Shown here in pieces: positions 31,311 to 46,390 of a DNA stretch of 64,000 nucleotides. Origin of the DNA: Eledone cirrhosa (lineage: Eukaryota); assembly GCA_964016885.1 (NCBI GenBank), contig OZ024753.1, forward strand, positions 39,432,001 to 39,496,000, in the 5' to 3' direction. A program made the translations under genes and the position numbers. Below the pieces are notes generated by a model. That model did not search any database, had not been told where the DNA came from, and saw nothing but the letters and a program-made list of their open reading frames with translations. How positions within the stretch are numbered: the stretch's first letter is position 1; the number at the start of each line of letters is the position of its first letter.

Positions 31311-31457
31311 CATATATGTATGTAAGTATTATGTATTCATGCATTAATATATGTATGTATGCATGCATGCATGTATGTATATATATATATATGTGCGTGT
31401 GTGTGTGCATATATGTATGTAAGTATGTATGTATTCATGCATTAATGTATGTATGCA

Positions 31458-31507
<50 letters not shown>

Positions 31508-31607
31508 TATGCATATATGCATGTTTTATGTATATATGTTTGTATGCATGCATCTCTATATGCATATATGTATGTAAGCATGTATGTATATATGCATGTA
31601 TATGTGC

Positions 31608-31641
<34 letters not shown>

Positions 31642-31724
31642 ATATATACACACACACATATGTGTGTGTATCTATATCTATGTACTTATGCATGTAAGTG
31701 TGCACGTGTATATATATATTATAA

Positions 31725-31820
<96 letters not shown>

Positions 31821-32763
31821 ATTTATATATGTATATATGTATATATATAATGACAAACAGTAACAGCACAAATCAACCAATGAAATGTTAGATGTGATGT
31901 GTTGAAAACAAGGAAAAACAACAACAATCTGTTATTGAAGCTCTTATAAAACTTTTCTCTGCCACTATTCCATAAAGCCTCCCTAGAGATGTGTACAACA
32001 GAATTTCTCTCTGAATATCCTGGTTATGTGTCTTCTTTTACTTCCTCTTTGCCTCAACCTTCATTTTCTATCTTTTCCTTATGACTCTTTCCTTCATTTT
32101 ATATTTTTTTTCTTTCTTCCTTTGTCTTCTTTAGCTTTTCTCCTCGGGTTTGTGCGATTCTAGTAGCCAAACTGATCATCAGATAGTAAAAAGACTAGCA
32201 TTTCTTGCCCAAATTTCTGCATCGGTGCACAATTTTTATCCCTCATTGACTTCAGCAGATGACTTTTGGCATCGTACTATGACATATGTCAGTAAAATAT
32301 GGCCGAACCTCAACGATGTGTTTCGCCGAGCGTGTGTTCACACGTCCGCCATTTTCCATCACTTCAGCTAGTTTGGGGAACACCAAACAAGCAATATGTT
32401 TCTAACAAAGGAGAGCAAAAGGAGAGGAAGAAGAGGAAAAAAGAGGTTGAGGAGGTGGAGGAGGAGAAAGAGGTGGAGAAGAAGTAGTGTGTATATGTAG
32501 AAGAGCGATAGAGAAGATAGATAGAGAGTGAAAGAGAGAAATAGGGAAAGGAATAGAGAGGGGGATAGAGCTCAAGTGTATCTATGTAGAAGAGGGATAG
32601 AGAGGACATATAGATAGAGAGAGAGAGAGTGGGAGGAAAGACATAGAGAGGGGGAAAGAGTTGTAGTATGTATATGTGAAAGAGTGGCGTGGAGAAAAGA
32701 GCTGTAATCTTTGAATGTGAAAGAGGATAAATATATATAGAGAGAGAAAGTGAGGAAGGGAGA

Positions 32764-32832
<69 letters not shown>

Positions 32833-32964
32833 GGGGAGAGAGGTAGAGAGGTAGATAGGTAGATAGATAGGTAGATAGATAGAAATGAGACACAGAGAGA
32901 GAGTGAGACATAAATAGACAAACGGACAGAGGAAGAGGGGGAACAAAGAAAGAGAGAATGATAA

Positions 32965-33283
32965 AGAGAAGGAAGAGAGAGATGGAGGTGAATGAGAGAA
33001 TGGTAAAGAGAAGGAAATGAGGAGAAGGAAGAGAGAGATGGAAGTGAATGAGAGAATGGTAAAGAGAAGGAAATGAGGAGATGGAAGAGAGAGATGGAAG
33101 TGAATGAGAGAATGGTAAAGAGAAGGAAATGAGCAGAAGGAAGAGAGAGATGGAGGTGAATGAGAGAATGGTAAAGAAAAGGAAATGAGGAGAAGGAAGA
33201 GAAAGATGGAAGTGAATGAGAGAATGGTAAAGAAAAGGAAATGAGGAGAAGGAAGAGAGAGATGGAGGTGAATGAGAGAATGT
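32965..33283. repeat. 56-bp purine-rich minisatellite, about 5.5 units
   Basis: GAGAATGGTAAAGAGAAGGAAATGAGGAGAAGGAAGAGAGAGATGGARGTGAATGA; TGGTAAAG at 33001, 33057 and 33113. Confidence 0.9.
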
Positions 33284-33399
33284 TATAAGAATATTATTTT
33301 GGAGTGAAGTAGAAATAATTAAGTTAGGTGAAGCACTGGAAAAGAAAGATGAGGTGCCTAGAGCTGACAGGAGGAGAGACTAATGATGGACACACGCAC

Positions 33400-33475
<76 letters not shown>

Positions 33476-33476
<1 letters not shown>

Positions 33477-33652
33477 ACGAAGTGGATTGGCAGTATCAGT
33501 AGAGGGTCGGACGTTCAGAGATAGCTGTCGAAACGGCCGGAGCTCAGCCGTCGGGGTCCTGACTTTTTTCCTATTACCCACTGTAGTAACCTAAGTATCG
33601 AGTACTCTGGAGTGTTATGGTCCACCTCGTATCTTACTACACCTTCTTTATT
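33476..33652 (+). mobile_element. Family A element fused to a SINE 5' head
   Basis: AACGAAG, then SINE head GTGGATTGGCAGTATCAGTAGAGGGTCGGACG, then family A right arm and tail. Confidence 0.8.
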
Positions 33653-33657
33653 ATGTA

Positions 33658-33695
<38 letters not shown>

Positions 33696-33757
33696 TTTAT
33701 ATAAAGTCTACAAAGTGACTCCTGTTTCTCTGGAGTTTCGCCTATATATATATATAT

Positions 33758-33995
33758 AAAACATGAGAAGAAAGAATACTGCGTGGTTGCACATGGGTTT
33801 CATATGATAAAAATAGTCCTTCGTCAGTGATTTTCCAACCTTCATTGGTATTTCATCGCTTTAAAAATCATATACCTCCAGTTGGTGCGAGCAATAGCTA
33901 AATAAAGCTATTGGGACAAGTAAATCGCGTAAAGCGAGCGAGACAAGTAAACAAACATAGAAGGATAGCAACGTAAAGATAGGAAAAAACAAGCG
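33758..33995 (-). mobile_element. Family D PLE-like terminal repeat with broken HHR
   Basis: Minus strand contains CTGACGA-AGGAC. Its end AAACATGAGAAGAAAGAATACTGCGTGG recurs at 24037-24082, and its body recurs inverted at 63830-64000. Confidence 0.65.
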
Positions 33996-34084
33996 CATAT
34001 ATATATGCGTGTGTGTGTGTGTGTGTGTGTAGCTGTGTTTGTGTGTTGTAATAGAGAAACCAAGCCTAAATGTTATTGTGTTGT

Positions 34085-34310
34085 ATTGGCAGCATCGGTA
34101 GAGCGTCGGACACTATGCTTCATTGGCAGTATAGTTTTCGACTCTTTACTTTCAGATTTCAAATCACGCCGAGGTTAGCTTTGGTTTCATCCTTACCGGG
34201 TCGATAAAAGAAAGTACCAGTAAGTGAGTGGATAAAGGCCTGAGCTCAGCTGTCGGGCTCTAACTAATTACAAAATATTCACTCTAAATTATCGAGTATT
34301 TAGTAATACC
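34085..34310 (+). mobile_element. 3'-truncated SINE family 1 followed by a decayed family A arm and tail
   Basis: SINE runs to AAAGTACCAGTAA (34223), then GGCCTGAGCTCAGCTGTCGGG...TATCGAGTA. Confidence 0.65.
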
Positions 34311-34329
34311 CAATCTATCTATCTATTTA

Positions 34330-34382
<53 letters not shown>

Positions 34383-34395
34383 GTATATGTATATA

Positions 34396-34433
<38 letters not shown>

Positions 34434-35311
34434 CATACATATATACACACACACACATACTTACATACCATACATACATACACACATACATACACACATA
34501 CATACAAATATATATACATACATACACACATACACATACATACATACATACATACATACATACATACATACATACACATACATACAAATATATATACATA
34601 CATACATACATACATACATACATACACACATACACATACATACATACATACATACATACATACATACATACATACATCAGTGTTTTCCGTCTGATTAATT
34701 TCCCTCATTATCGTTTTAATTTTCACTGATTTGTTATCAAAATTGCTCTGGCCATTTCTGGCCTAAGTTCCATTGTTATCATTATTATCATCATCATTAT
34801 TATTATTATTATTACTGCTGTTGTTTGTTGTTGCTGCTGCTGATGCTGCTGATGCTGCTGATGCTGCTGATGCTGATGCTGATGCTGCTGCTGCTGTTGC
34901 TGTTGTTGTTGTTGCCGTCGTCGTCGTCGTCGCTGCTGTTACTGTTGTTTGTTGCCGTTGATTTATCATAATTTTCTATGTCATTCGGCTGCAGTCATTG
35001 CACGTATGTAGGTCACAGTGGTGTTTAAGGTGCAGCTGGAGGATTAATTCCGATGAGATGTGGGCCTCAAATATCCTAAATATGTACTGACCATTGAGTT
35101 AAAATGATGCTAATACAGTTCGATTAACTTATCAAAGACTCTACATTATAAATTGGTAAATATGATATTAATAATTGGCCAGATAGGGTCTAATTGATGT
35201 CAATATCGATTTGATTTGTTTTCTCTAATGAAATTATTGTTTTTATCTTTAAAATTGATTCTATTAGTAATTTTAGTTTTCTCTGTTACCAACCAATCTC
35301 ATCGGCTTACT

Positions 35312-35790
35312 TTAACCCTTTTATTACTATATTTCTGATGAAAGACATTGCCTATGATTTTCAAGTATTTTTTTTTTTAATAATCACTATTTAGAAAAGA
35401 TTATAAAAATAACTATGTTGGTATTTGGAACAACATAAAATTATAATGGAAGATTTTTAGATAATTCTAAACACTTTAACCCTTTTGTTCCAATATCTTA
35501 AATCAATGATACTGCCTATGCTTTTCAAACAATTTTGAAAATAATCAAATTTAGAAAGGTTTCGTAAAATAAATAACTTTCTCAATACTATGTTGGCGTT
35601 TGGAGTTGAACATAAGAATACTCTTACATAACAGGGTAGATTTTTGGATAAAACCTTCGGTACATTCTTAATGAAAGTCACTGCCGATGGTTTTTCAAAC
35701 AGATTTGAAATAAACAAAAACTTAAAGTAGTGTAGAAAAATACCTAATTTTTTCATTATCAAGTTAGTGTTTTGAGCATTATATAATACA
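35312..35790 (+). mobile_element. Three tandem decayed TTAACCCTT-terminal (piggyBac-like) MITE halves
   Basis: Units start at ~35312, ~35476 and ~35650 and share CTGCCTATG..TTTCAA..TTTAGAAA..TGTTGG. An inverted relative lies at ~12590-12716. Confidence 0.5.
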
Positions 35791-36122
35791 ATTTCTTACA
35801 GAATATTAAGATGGTAGGCCGACAGAGTAGATCATGGTGGCATCTAGAGAGAAATTTGGAATATTTGGAGATAAACGCCGAGTCATGTGTGTAGGCGGGT
35901 GTAATAATGAAACTCTATGAATAGTAAAACATGGACGACAATAAGATGGTTCCATAGACTTAGTGATAAGTATGTGGATTGTTACATACACACACACATA
36001 TACATATATATATATATATATACATGTACATATATATATATACGCATAAATATTTAAGTTATATATATATGCATATATATTTAAATATATATATACATAT
36101 ATATATTTTAATATATATATGC

Positions 36123-36183
<61 letters not shown>

Positions 36184-36204
36184 CATATATACATATATAT
36201 ATAT

Positions 36205-36285
<81 letters not shown>

Positions 36286-36304
36286 TATATACATACATAT
36301 ATAT

Positions 36305-36405
<101 letters not shown>

Positions 36406-36546
36406 TGTATATATATATGATGTATATATGGAACTCTATGCACGTGCATATATTTTTCTACAATGACTATGTTAATATGAACGTGCATGATTTTAAGATT
36501 TCTTGAAATTTCTCCATGAGTAGTCACGTTGTATGACGAATAGACT

Positions 36547-36627
36547 GAGGTGGTAGTGGTACAGAAGGTGGTACAGAAGGTGGTGCAGAAGGTGGTACAG
36601 AAGGTGGTGCAGATGGTGGTACAGAAG
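36547..36627. repeat. 12-bp tandem repeat GGTGGTACAGAA
   Basis: About six visible units. Confidence 0.85.
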
Positions 36628-36981
36628 AATAAGGAGGTAAGAAAGAAAAAGAAGGGGGGTTGGAGAGAATAATTGAATTTCAAAAGAGCAAGGTTGCAAT
36701 TACACCAAATTGGTTCAAGTGAATTGACTCGTACCGAGTGTTCCTTTAACAGTGTGAATCGGATCGATAATCGGTCACGTGTTTTGTGATTTCTACCCTA
36801 ATGGGATCATTGATGGTAAAGGGTTCATGAAAGCATGTAATACTTTTTCAAGAGAATTTAATTAGATGTGAACATGGAACTATTTTAAAGAACTGAATCA
36901 CGAAGTTGAAAAAAGACGTTAATAGATGGCCCGAAAAATATATATGTGTGTATAGATATATAGATATATATAAATAAATAA

Positions 36982-37094
<113 letters not shown>

Positions 37095-37183
37095 TATATA
37101 TATAAAATGATATAAATTAAGATAAAATATATATACATGTATGAAATAATATAAATTAAGATAAAATATATATATATATATAC

Positions 37184-37321
<138 letters not shown>

Positions 37322-37867
37322 TAAAATAAAAAAAATATGCAGATTTCATTACTGTTTTGTTTTGTTTAGTTTTTGTTGTTGTTGTTTTTTAATAATTATA
37401 ACGCTAAAGTACAAAAAACGCGCGCGTGCGCACACACACAATTTAATATTTTCATTTTATTTCATGAAAAGCAAAAGTAAAAATGAAAATTTCATTTTCT
37501 TAGCTCGAAGAATGAGAAGGAATCTGAAGAGAGAGTGATCTGTCCTTACCAAGATCAAATATGCGTTTTCTTATATACAGAAGGTCTCACTCTTTCACAC
37601 TGTCTAGACTGACAAATGTGACTGAAAAAATTATGGCTAAAAATTAATGTTCAGGGAATTCTATAAGTTATTTTCACGTAGGAGCAAAACTTAAAGATAT
37701 TGTCTTGGTCGTGTGTATCTGAAGCACGTTTCTTTGGTGAAACTCATGGGAGATAAGATGAGACAGAAATACAGCATTGAGACATAGTAAAATGGTGGTG
37801 TATATTATAGGGCTTAGTAAAGCCATAGTGGGTTGTTTTTTAACTATGTAGTAATTGAAGGGAGGAC

Positions 37868-38335
37868 AGTGGTGGTGGTGGTGGTGGTGGTGGTCGTGGT
37901 GGTCGTGGTGTCGGTGATCACAGTGATTGTGGTTGTGGTGGCGATCGTTGTCGTGGTCGTGGTCGTGGTCGAGGTCGTGGTGGTTGTGGTTATGGTGGTT
38001 GAGGGTGGTGATCGTAGTGGTGGTGGTTGTCGTGGTCGTGATGGTGGCTTGCTTCGTGGTGGTGGTGGTGGTCATGATGGTTGTCATGGTGGTGGTTGTG
38101 GTTGTCTAGGTCGTCGTCGTCGTCGTCATCGTCGTGGTGGAGGTAGTGGTGGTGGTGGTAGTGGTGGTCGTGGTGGTGGTTGTCATGGTGGACGGCGTGG
38201 TGTTGGTGGTCATGGTAGTGGTTGCTTTCATCGTAGTGGTGGTGGTCGTGGTGGTGGTTATCGTGATGATGCTCATGGTAGTGGTCGTTTCATCGTCGTC
38301 GTTGTTGTAGTGGCGGTCATTATGGTCGTGATAGA
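37868..38335. repeat. Degenerate (GTG/GTC)n low-complexity tract
   Basis: Direct reading of the sequence; similar GTG/GTT tracts span 42645-43520. Confidence 0.85.
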
Positions 38336-38855
38336 CGTGAACCGGACAACAGATTGAGTCAAACATTTACAGTTAGAATGGCTTGATCATTCAAACGTTT
38401 CTCTTTCTTTCCCGTTATATTTCCCTGGGTCTGGAGAATGGTTTGTATCCCTCGATCTTCAACCCTCTGCAAGTTAACGGCTGTAGTAAAATTATACAAT
38501 TACATCTTCACCACCTTTAAAACTGTTTATTACTTTTTACCTTCGTTCCCCCTCCCTTGGATTGAACCAGACACCCACCCATCCTCTGTTTTTCTCTTCC
38601 AGCAACTGACCCGAAATGTACTGTTTGTAAATAAACAGGAATAAGAATAGTTTCATCTCAGTTAATTCTAAAGCATTTTCCTTCAATTATAACTTGATCA
38701 AATAAAACTGATGGATGTGTGGGGAAGCAAGTAGCCTGACTGTTATTGGTGGGGGTGATAGGGGGGGTTAGATACAACAATACAGATATCAGAATGAGTG
38801 GGAGTGGGGGAAGAGAGAGAAAGAAAGTGCGAGAGATGGCTAGTTACATAGATAA

Positions 38856-38934
<79 letters not shown>

Positions 38935-39048
38935 TGTTTCTTTATTAGCCACAGGGGCACAAAAGAAGGGGACAAATACAAAGGGGGAAGTTTACATACA
39001 ATAAAAACGTGTAAAATGTTATCACAAATGCAATTTAAAAAATTAGTC

Positions 39049-39081
<33 letters not shown>

Positions 39082-39139
39082 GATAAATGGAGAAAGATAC
39101 ATACACACACAGAGATACACATGTGTATATAATATACAT

Positions 39140-39196
<57 letters not shown>

Positions 39197-40720
39197 GAGA
39201 GGGGGAGATTGAGAGCGAGAGAGAGTAATGGGGTCCACATTATTAAAGACCTTACAAAAGCGAATGTTTGACCGAACGATTAAACATCCCTCTCTCACCC
39301 TCTCCTCACCGATTTTGTTTACTTTCGCGATGTCTTCGATAATAATGGTTTTCGCATATGATACAATGTGTGTGTAATTTCTTTTTTACACTTTTTTTTT
39401 AACTCTAACATTTCATTGTAGAATATGTGGGAAATTATTTTGATACATTTTCTCTACATTTTACCCACATACACGTGACTAGTTGTTATTATTATCGTTA
39501 TTATTGTTCTTATCATTGTTTGTATTATTGGTGTTGTTTCATTGTTATTAGTTATTCTGTAACAGTTTCAATATTGTTGTTATTTTCGTCTTGTGTCTTT
39601 TTCTGCAAAAAAAGTGTTAAAGCTTATAATGGCGGAGGGAAGAGGAGCGAAGAGAAGTTAATTTAGCAGCCGTCGACCACTCTCCCTTCTTCCAAGTCTT
39701 TGTCTATGTTAGCCCTTGTTTAAATGTTTAAAACTATGTTTGATGAAGCTACAAAAGAATACACTTCCTGTCTGTATTTTTTCTCCTCCAAAAAACCGAG
39801 AGCTGACTCTGACCTACCCTCGTATGTTTTAACTGTGTTACCGCGGCTGCAACTAAACTATAAATGAACGCTTAAAGAATATGAACGGACAGATGTGGAT
39901 ACTATCAGCCATTGAGGTAAGTCAAATAAAAACGAGTGAGGTAAACATATTTATTTATTCGGCGAAAAGGATTACTGGAATAAAGGTAGGGAGTTGGAAA
40001 AGTGTGCACACTCACGGCTCTTGTTTAGCGAAATAACATTTTGGTGAGACAAGGATACTATTATTGTTGTTGTTCCATTGTAGTGATCTACAGAGACATC
40101 TATCGTTCTCTGACTCTTTCTTTCCCTCCTCCATGTTCATAGATCAACAAACTAAAGCCCTTTATTAACTTCACACCATTCTACTTTTTATTTCAATGAA
40201 AATACTAATTCAATAAATATGGTGTTGAAATTTGTGCAGAAACAATTGAGGGCAGTTCGCTTCACATAACCCCTTTTTTCTCCTTTATCCCAATGTCCAG
40301 CACTCCCTGAAGGGCATACGAAATATAACTGAAATTAAACAAAGTTTAGAACAATGGCCCCTTCTGTGTGAAAGTCACAAGGGTGAATTTTAACTCTCGA
40401 TAAATCTAAGTCCGTAATTCAGGTTCGCTTTTCGCTGGTCGTTATATTAATTATTCTGTTATAATTTCTCAGTTGTTAAAATGGTTAAACGGTGGTTCAG
40501 CGCAGTCATCCGTCCAGTATGCAATGAATGCATGGTTCAGTTCCCTCATGAGGAGCTGTTGACATTTTTCCTGTCTTCAAGGGGGTAGTTTAACCCTCTT
40601 ATTCGATTGATATTTACAGTCCATCTATAATGTAGTGGGTTTATATCCGAATTGACGCTTTGCAAACGAATTGATGTTTGCATATATATATGTAACAAAA
40701 AACAAAGAAGGTGTGGTAAG

Positions 40721-40751
<31 letters not shown>

Positions 40752-40968
40752 AATATATATATACTTTTTCAAAATATTAACAAAAATGATGAAGACGTAC
40801 TGTTGAAGATAGCTCAGTACCTCTGAAATATGTATAATAAAATATACTTGTCTATTTTTGTTAATATTTTGAATTAATATTAATAACTCCGGAAAACCAT
40901 TATTTGTTGAGTGCTTCCAATCTATTGTAAAACTCATTTTTTGATTTATTCATTGAACCTTGTTTAAC

Positions 40969-41040
<72 letters not shown>

Positions 41041-41043
<3 letters not shown>

Positions 41044-41231
41044 ACCAGTAAGACCCCGAGGGCTGAGCTCAAGCCGTTTCGACGGCTAATTCTGGACTCC
41101 AGAATTAGCCGTCGAAACGGCTTGAGCTCAGCCGTCGGGGTCTTACTGGTCCTATTACCCACTCTACTACCCTAAGTATTGAGTACTTTGGTGCGTTATG
41201 GTCCACCTGGTTCCTTACCACATTTCCTTCG

Positions 41232-41233
<2 letters not shown>
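41041..41233 (+). mobile_element. TA-embedded fold-back element, family A
   Basis: Hairpin AGGACCAGTAAGACCCCG...CGGGGTCTTACTGGTCCT centred on CTGGACTCCAG, plus tail; (TA)n flanks. Confidence 0.9.
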
Positions 41234-41276
<43 letters not shown>

Positions 41277-41963
41277 GTTGCTATTTTTGTTTTTGCTACT
41301 GTTATTACTATTACTAGAGAGAAGGTTAAGATGTCATTTTAAAAGAACGATAACTGGAACTGCAAACAAGCATCATAATAGCATTTCGCTCTTCTCCCTT
41401 GTACTTCTACATACGACGTTTCAATAGAATTGCCCTTTCTTACTGCTGCCTCTTGTGGTTTGTGTTTGTTTCATAAACAAATCGGAAATTTCTTTATTTG
41501 CTTTATAGTACTTTCCTCCTAAATAGTCATTACTAATGGAAACATCACACATTAATCATCTATATCACTCCTACTCCACTAGTCTCTTCAGTCAGTGTGC
41601 GCTTGGTTGCACTCAATTGTCTATTGTAAATGAAGATGAAGATGCATTTGAAGGAAAATTTTAATGCAGTTTATTGTTGCTGTTATTATATTGGTTTTGT
41701 GATTACTATCATTATTGTTGTTGTTATCGTCTTTGTTGTTGTTGTTGTTATTGTTGTTGTTGTTGTTGCTGTAGCTTTTGTTGTTATTGTTGTTGTTTTG
41801 TTGCTATTTTATTTCACTGTTCATATTCCTTTCATTTGTGGTTTAATGTAGTTTTACAAACAATTGTTAAGTTGCTGGTGGTGGTGATGATGATGAAGTT
41901 GGTGATGATGATGATCATCATCATCATCATGATGATAAAGGTGATGATGATGGTAGCTATATA

Positions 41964-42029
<66 letters not shown>

Positions 42030-42074
42030 GGTGATGGTGTTGGTGGAGATGATGGTGGCATTGTTATTTATACA

Positions 42075-42478
42075 TCATTTTGGCTGGGAAAGACAGGCAG
42101 TTTTTGTCAGTCTGATGGCTGTAACGAAAGAAAGAGGTTTTGTGGTGGACGTGACTGAAAGGAGTGAAGACAAAACACTTTCCTTTTCAGCCAAGCCCTC
42201 ATCAACTATTTCAAGTCCCAAACGGAAAGAAAGGTGAGGTTGGATGGGAAAGTGCTGCCTTCAATACATTTGTTAAAAGATGGGTGAATGTAGCGAGGGT
42301 GGCCCGAATGAATGGGCCTACAATGTGCATGCTCATATAGACTGCGAGTTCAAAGTGGAAGGAGGTAACTTCCTGAGGTGCTCTGTGTGATTAGGGTGGT
42401 TTCGGATCTGTGGAGTTCCTAAACAAACCGTGGATGATGCTCCACGTGATGGAGGAATTCTTTTATTTATTTATTTAT
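42075..42478 (+). mobile_element. 3' end of an L1/Tx1-type LINE, decayed
   Basis: Frameshifted translation AVFVSLMAVTKE / WWT*LKGVKTK / QALINYFKSQTERKVRL / FVKRWVNVARVARMNGPT, then 3' UTR and a T-rich end; resembles Tx1 ORF2 C-termini. Confidence 0.65.
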
Positions 42479-43471
42479 TGCTATTTGTCAAATGTTTTTT
42501 TTTTCAGTTGCTCTGTACTCTTCTTTAGGTTTCGGTCCTAAAGAATTATTATTGTTGTTATTGTTGTTGTTGTTGTTTTTGTTTATGCTGTTGTTGTCGT
42601 CGTCGTCGTCGTTGTATTTTGTATTTGTGTGATGTCTGATGTCAGGAGAGGTGGTGGCAGTGGTGGTGGTAGTGCAGCTGGTGGTGGTGACCGTGGTGTT
42701 GGTAGTTGTGGTGGATGTGGTTGTGGTGGTGGTGCTGGTGGTGGAGGTGCCGGTGGTGGTAGTGTATGTGGTGGTGCTGGTGTTTGACGTGGCGATAGTG
42801 GTTGCGATCGTGGTTGTGGTGGTGATAGTGGATGTAGTGGTGATGTTGCTGGTGGTGGCTGTTGTGGTAGTGGTGCTGGTGCTGGTGATGGTGCTGGTGA
42901 TTGACGTGTTGGTAGTGTATGTGGTATTGGTGGTGGTCGTGGTGGTTCTGTTGGTTGTGGTAATGGCGGCGATGTGGTTTCTTCAGTTACTTCATTATTG
43001 TCATTAATTTTTTGGTATTTGCTCTTGTATTTATTTTCGTGTTATACCCCTTGCTTCTTCAATACCAGTGGTTGTTGTTGGTGGTATTGTTGTTGGTGTT
43101 GTTGTTGTTGTTGGTGTTGGTGTTGCTGGTGTTGTTGCTGGTATTGTTGTTGTTGGTATTGTTGGTATTGTTGGTGTTGTTGTTATTGGTGTTGTTGTTC
43201 GTATTGTTAGTGTTGTTGTTGTTGTTGTTGTTGGTATTGTTGGCGTTGTTGGTATTGTTGTTGTTGGTATTGATGTTGTTGGTGTTGTTGTTGTTGTTAT
43301 TGGTGTTGGTATTATTGGTGTTGTTGTTGGTGTTGTTGGAAATGGTGTTAGTTTGTGGTTGCTTTTGGTGTTAGTTTGTCGTTGGTGGTGTTAATAGTTG
43401 TGGTTGTATTGGTGTTATTTCTGTTTTTTTTTATTTTGTTGTTGTTATTAGTAGTCCAACTGATGATGATA

Positions 43472-43507
<36 letters not shown>

Positions 43508-43845
43508 GTGTTGTTATTGTTATTTTCTCTTTTTTTTCTCTTTTTTTTTATTTTTACTACATATGATCTGATCTAGCAATCAGAACGACATTTAATTTTA
43601 TTCAACAAAAGCAATTTAGAAATTGTTTGCGTGTTCATTCCACTAAACACAGCCGACACAAAAGCTATGGCTACGTGTAATGTTATGCTCTGGCGAAAGC
43701 TTTAATACTCTTGCAGTTTACTGCCTGCAAATACTTCAACACAGATTGTTGTGTAGCGACGAAAGAACAACCTCACTTTTATTTACTCTTTGTTGATGTT
43801 CTTCTTCTTGTCCTTTGTTTCTATTATTTTTTGGCTTTTGTTTTG

Positions 43846-43922
<77 letters not shown>

Positions 43923-43926
43923 TTCT

Positions 43927-43958
<32 letters not shown>

Positions 43959-44171
43959 TTTTCTCTTTTTCTCTTTTTCTCTTGCTATCTCTCTCCCTAT
44001 TCTCTCCTCAGTAATTCAAAAGAAAATTATCTTTTAGTTTTAATTCTTGAATATTTTTGGTGAGAAATTTTGTTATCTGTCTTGAAGTTTTTGTTGTTGT
44101 TGTTGTTCTTTCTTTCTTTCTACCTTTTTGCTTTGTTTCAATGTGTGTGTGTGTATGTGTATATGTGTATA

Positions 44172-44213
<42 letters not shown>

Positions 44214-44355
44214 CGTGTATGGGTTTATGTATGTGTGTAAGGGTGTATGCGTGTTTTCTATTGTTTTTTTTTCTTTTTTTACTGATGTCTCAGACCATTT
44301 ACATTTCTTGAATTTTTCGTTGTTATGGTTGATATTGTTGTTGTTGTTCTTATTA

Positions 44356-44405
<50 letters not shown>

Positions 44406-44885
44406 GTTGTTTATGAGTGGCAAGCAAACTTAGATGAAATATTTTCTATATATTCTTTTTATTTATAAATTTAAAGAATTTATAAATTTTTTATAATTTT
44501 CATTTTTAATTTTTTTTCAATTTCAAATTGGAAAAATTTATTAAATATAAAATTTTAAAAATATAAAATATGAAATTTATAAATTTACTTTAAAAAAAAA
44601 AATTAAAACAGCACTTTATGAAAGTGAATGGAAGTTATTTTTTGTCAAAAAAAAGTTTGTAACTTTCTCAAAAGATCAGCCGAAAAATATTTGTCTTACA
44701 TTGGTTGTTAGATTATTGAATTGACCCCAGCATATTACTGTTAATAATTGAACTAACAGGGGATCTTCCACGCAGTGATCACTCGGTGTGTTGAAAACGC
44801 AATAAATTTCCGTTAAAAAATATATATATATATATATATATTTATTATATATATATATAGTGTATATATATATATATATATATAC

Positions 44886-44937
<52 letters not shown>

Positions 44938-45130
44938 TACTATATATATATATACTATATATATATACTACATATATATACTATATATATATATTATATA
45001 TAATATATATATAAAATATATAATTATATATGATATTATATATATATAATATATATAAAATATATAATTATATATATAATATCATATATATATATATATA
45101 ATATATATGAAATATATAATTATATATATA

Positions 45131-45174
<44 letters not shown>

Positions 45175-45341
45175 AAAATAAATATTCATTTCCAAGACCT
45201 CAGATGTGCAACAATATATATATATACATACATACATATATATAAATATATATATATATAGATATAGATATATATATACATATATGCATATACATAGTAT
45301 ATATATATGCATATATGCATATACATAGTATATATATATGC

Positions 45342-45507
<166 letters not shown>

Positions 45508-46390
45508 ATAGTTGCACATTTGAGGTCTTCGAAATGAATATTTACTTTACTACAAAAAAAATTCGTAGTCTAGTGGTTTAGGGTGTTAATTCACAATCAT
45601 AAGGCCATAAGCTAAATTTCTGCACCGGCGGTGGGGTGTAGTGTGCGGGAGCAAGACGCATCATTTGACGATGGTGTTCATTATAGCAATGATCCCTATC
45701 ATTAAAACACCAAAGGAACCTCCTAGGGAACACATGTCGTAAGAGGCAAGCTAGGTCTGCATACCTGTGGGCTGTAAATTCAATTTTCTTTACGTTTTCA
45801 ACATTTTCGGAAAGCATGTAAAATATCCTAAACTGATTTCGTTTCGTAATTTTAGAACCAACATATGTATATACATTTCAAGAATATTCATACACTTTTA
45901 ACGTTTGTTGATGCTATTTTATAAAATTTATACCGCAATTTTAAGATTTTTAAGAGATCGTTTTCTCTTGTTAATTATATTCCTTACAGAAAATATCGTA
46001 TGGACTGCAACTTCAGTACCTAGTTTATTAATGAAATAGGATCTCCATCGAAATATTCTCATATTTTTTCTTTTAAACTGAACAACTTTATATATTGAAT
46101 AATTTTCTAAGTTTATCTACGATTGCCGATTTATTTCCAACTGAATATTCTGCTTTTTCGAAGGCAAGTGTTGAATATTTACAATATGTTGAATAACATA
46201 TTGTAAAAAAATTTGTATCTTTCTCAAAAGATCAGCCAAAAATATTTGTCTTACATTGGTTGTTAGATTATTGAATCGACCCCAGAATATTGCTGTTAAT
46301 AATTGAACTAACAGGAGAGCTCCTATGCAGTGATCACTCGGTGTGTTGGAAAAGCAGTAAATGTCCCTTAATATATATATATATATATAT

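Noticed and set aside
37833-38357. 174-aa Gly/Val-rich ORF resembling a structural protein
   Set aside because: Degenerate (GTG)n tract open in several frames, non-ATG start, no splice support. The same applies to 42639-43576.
42191-42233. Apparent micro-exon ttttcag|...AAAG|gtgagg (QALINYFKSQTERK)
   Set aside because: The peptide continues on both sides as Tx1-like LINE ORF2, so the splice-like signals are coincidental.
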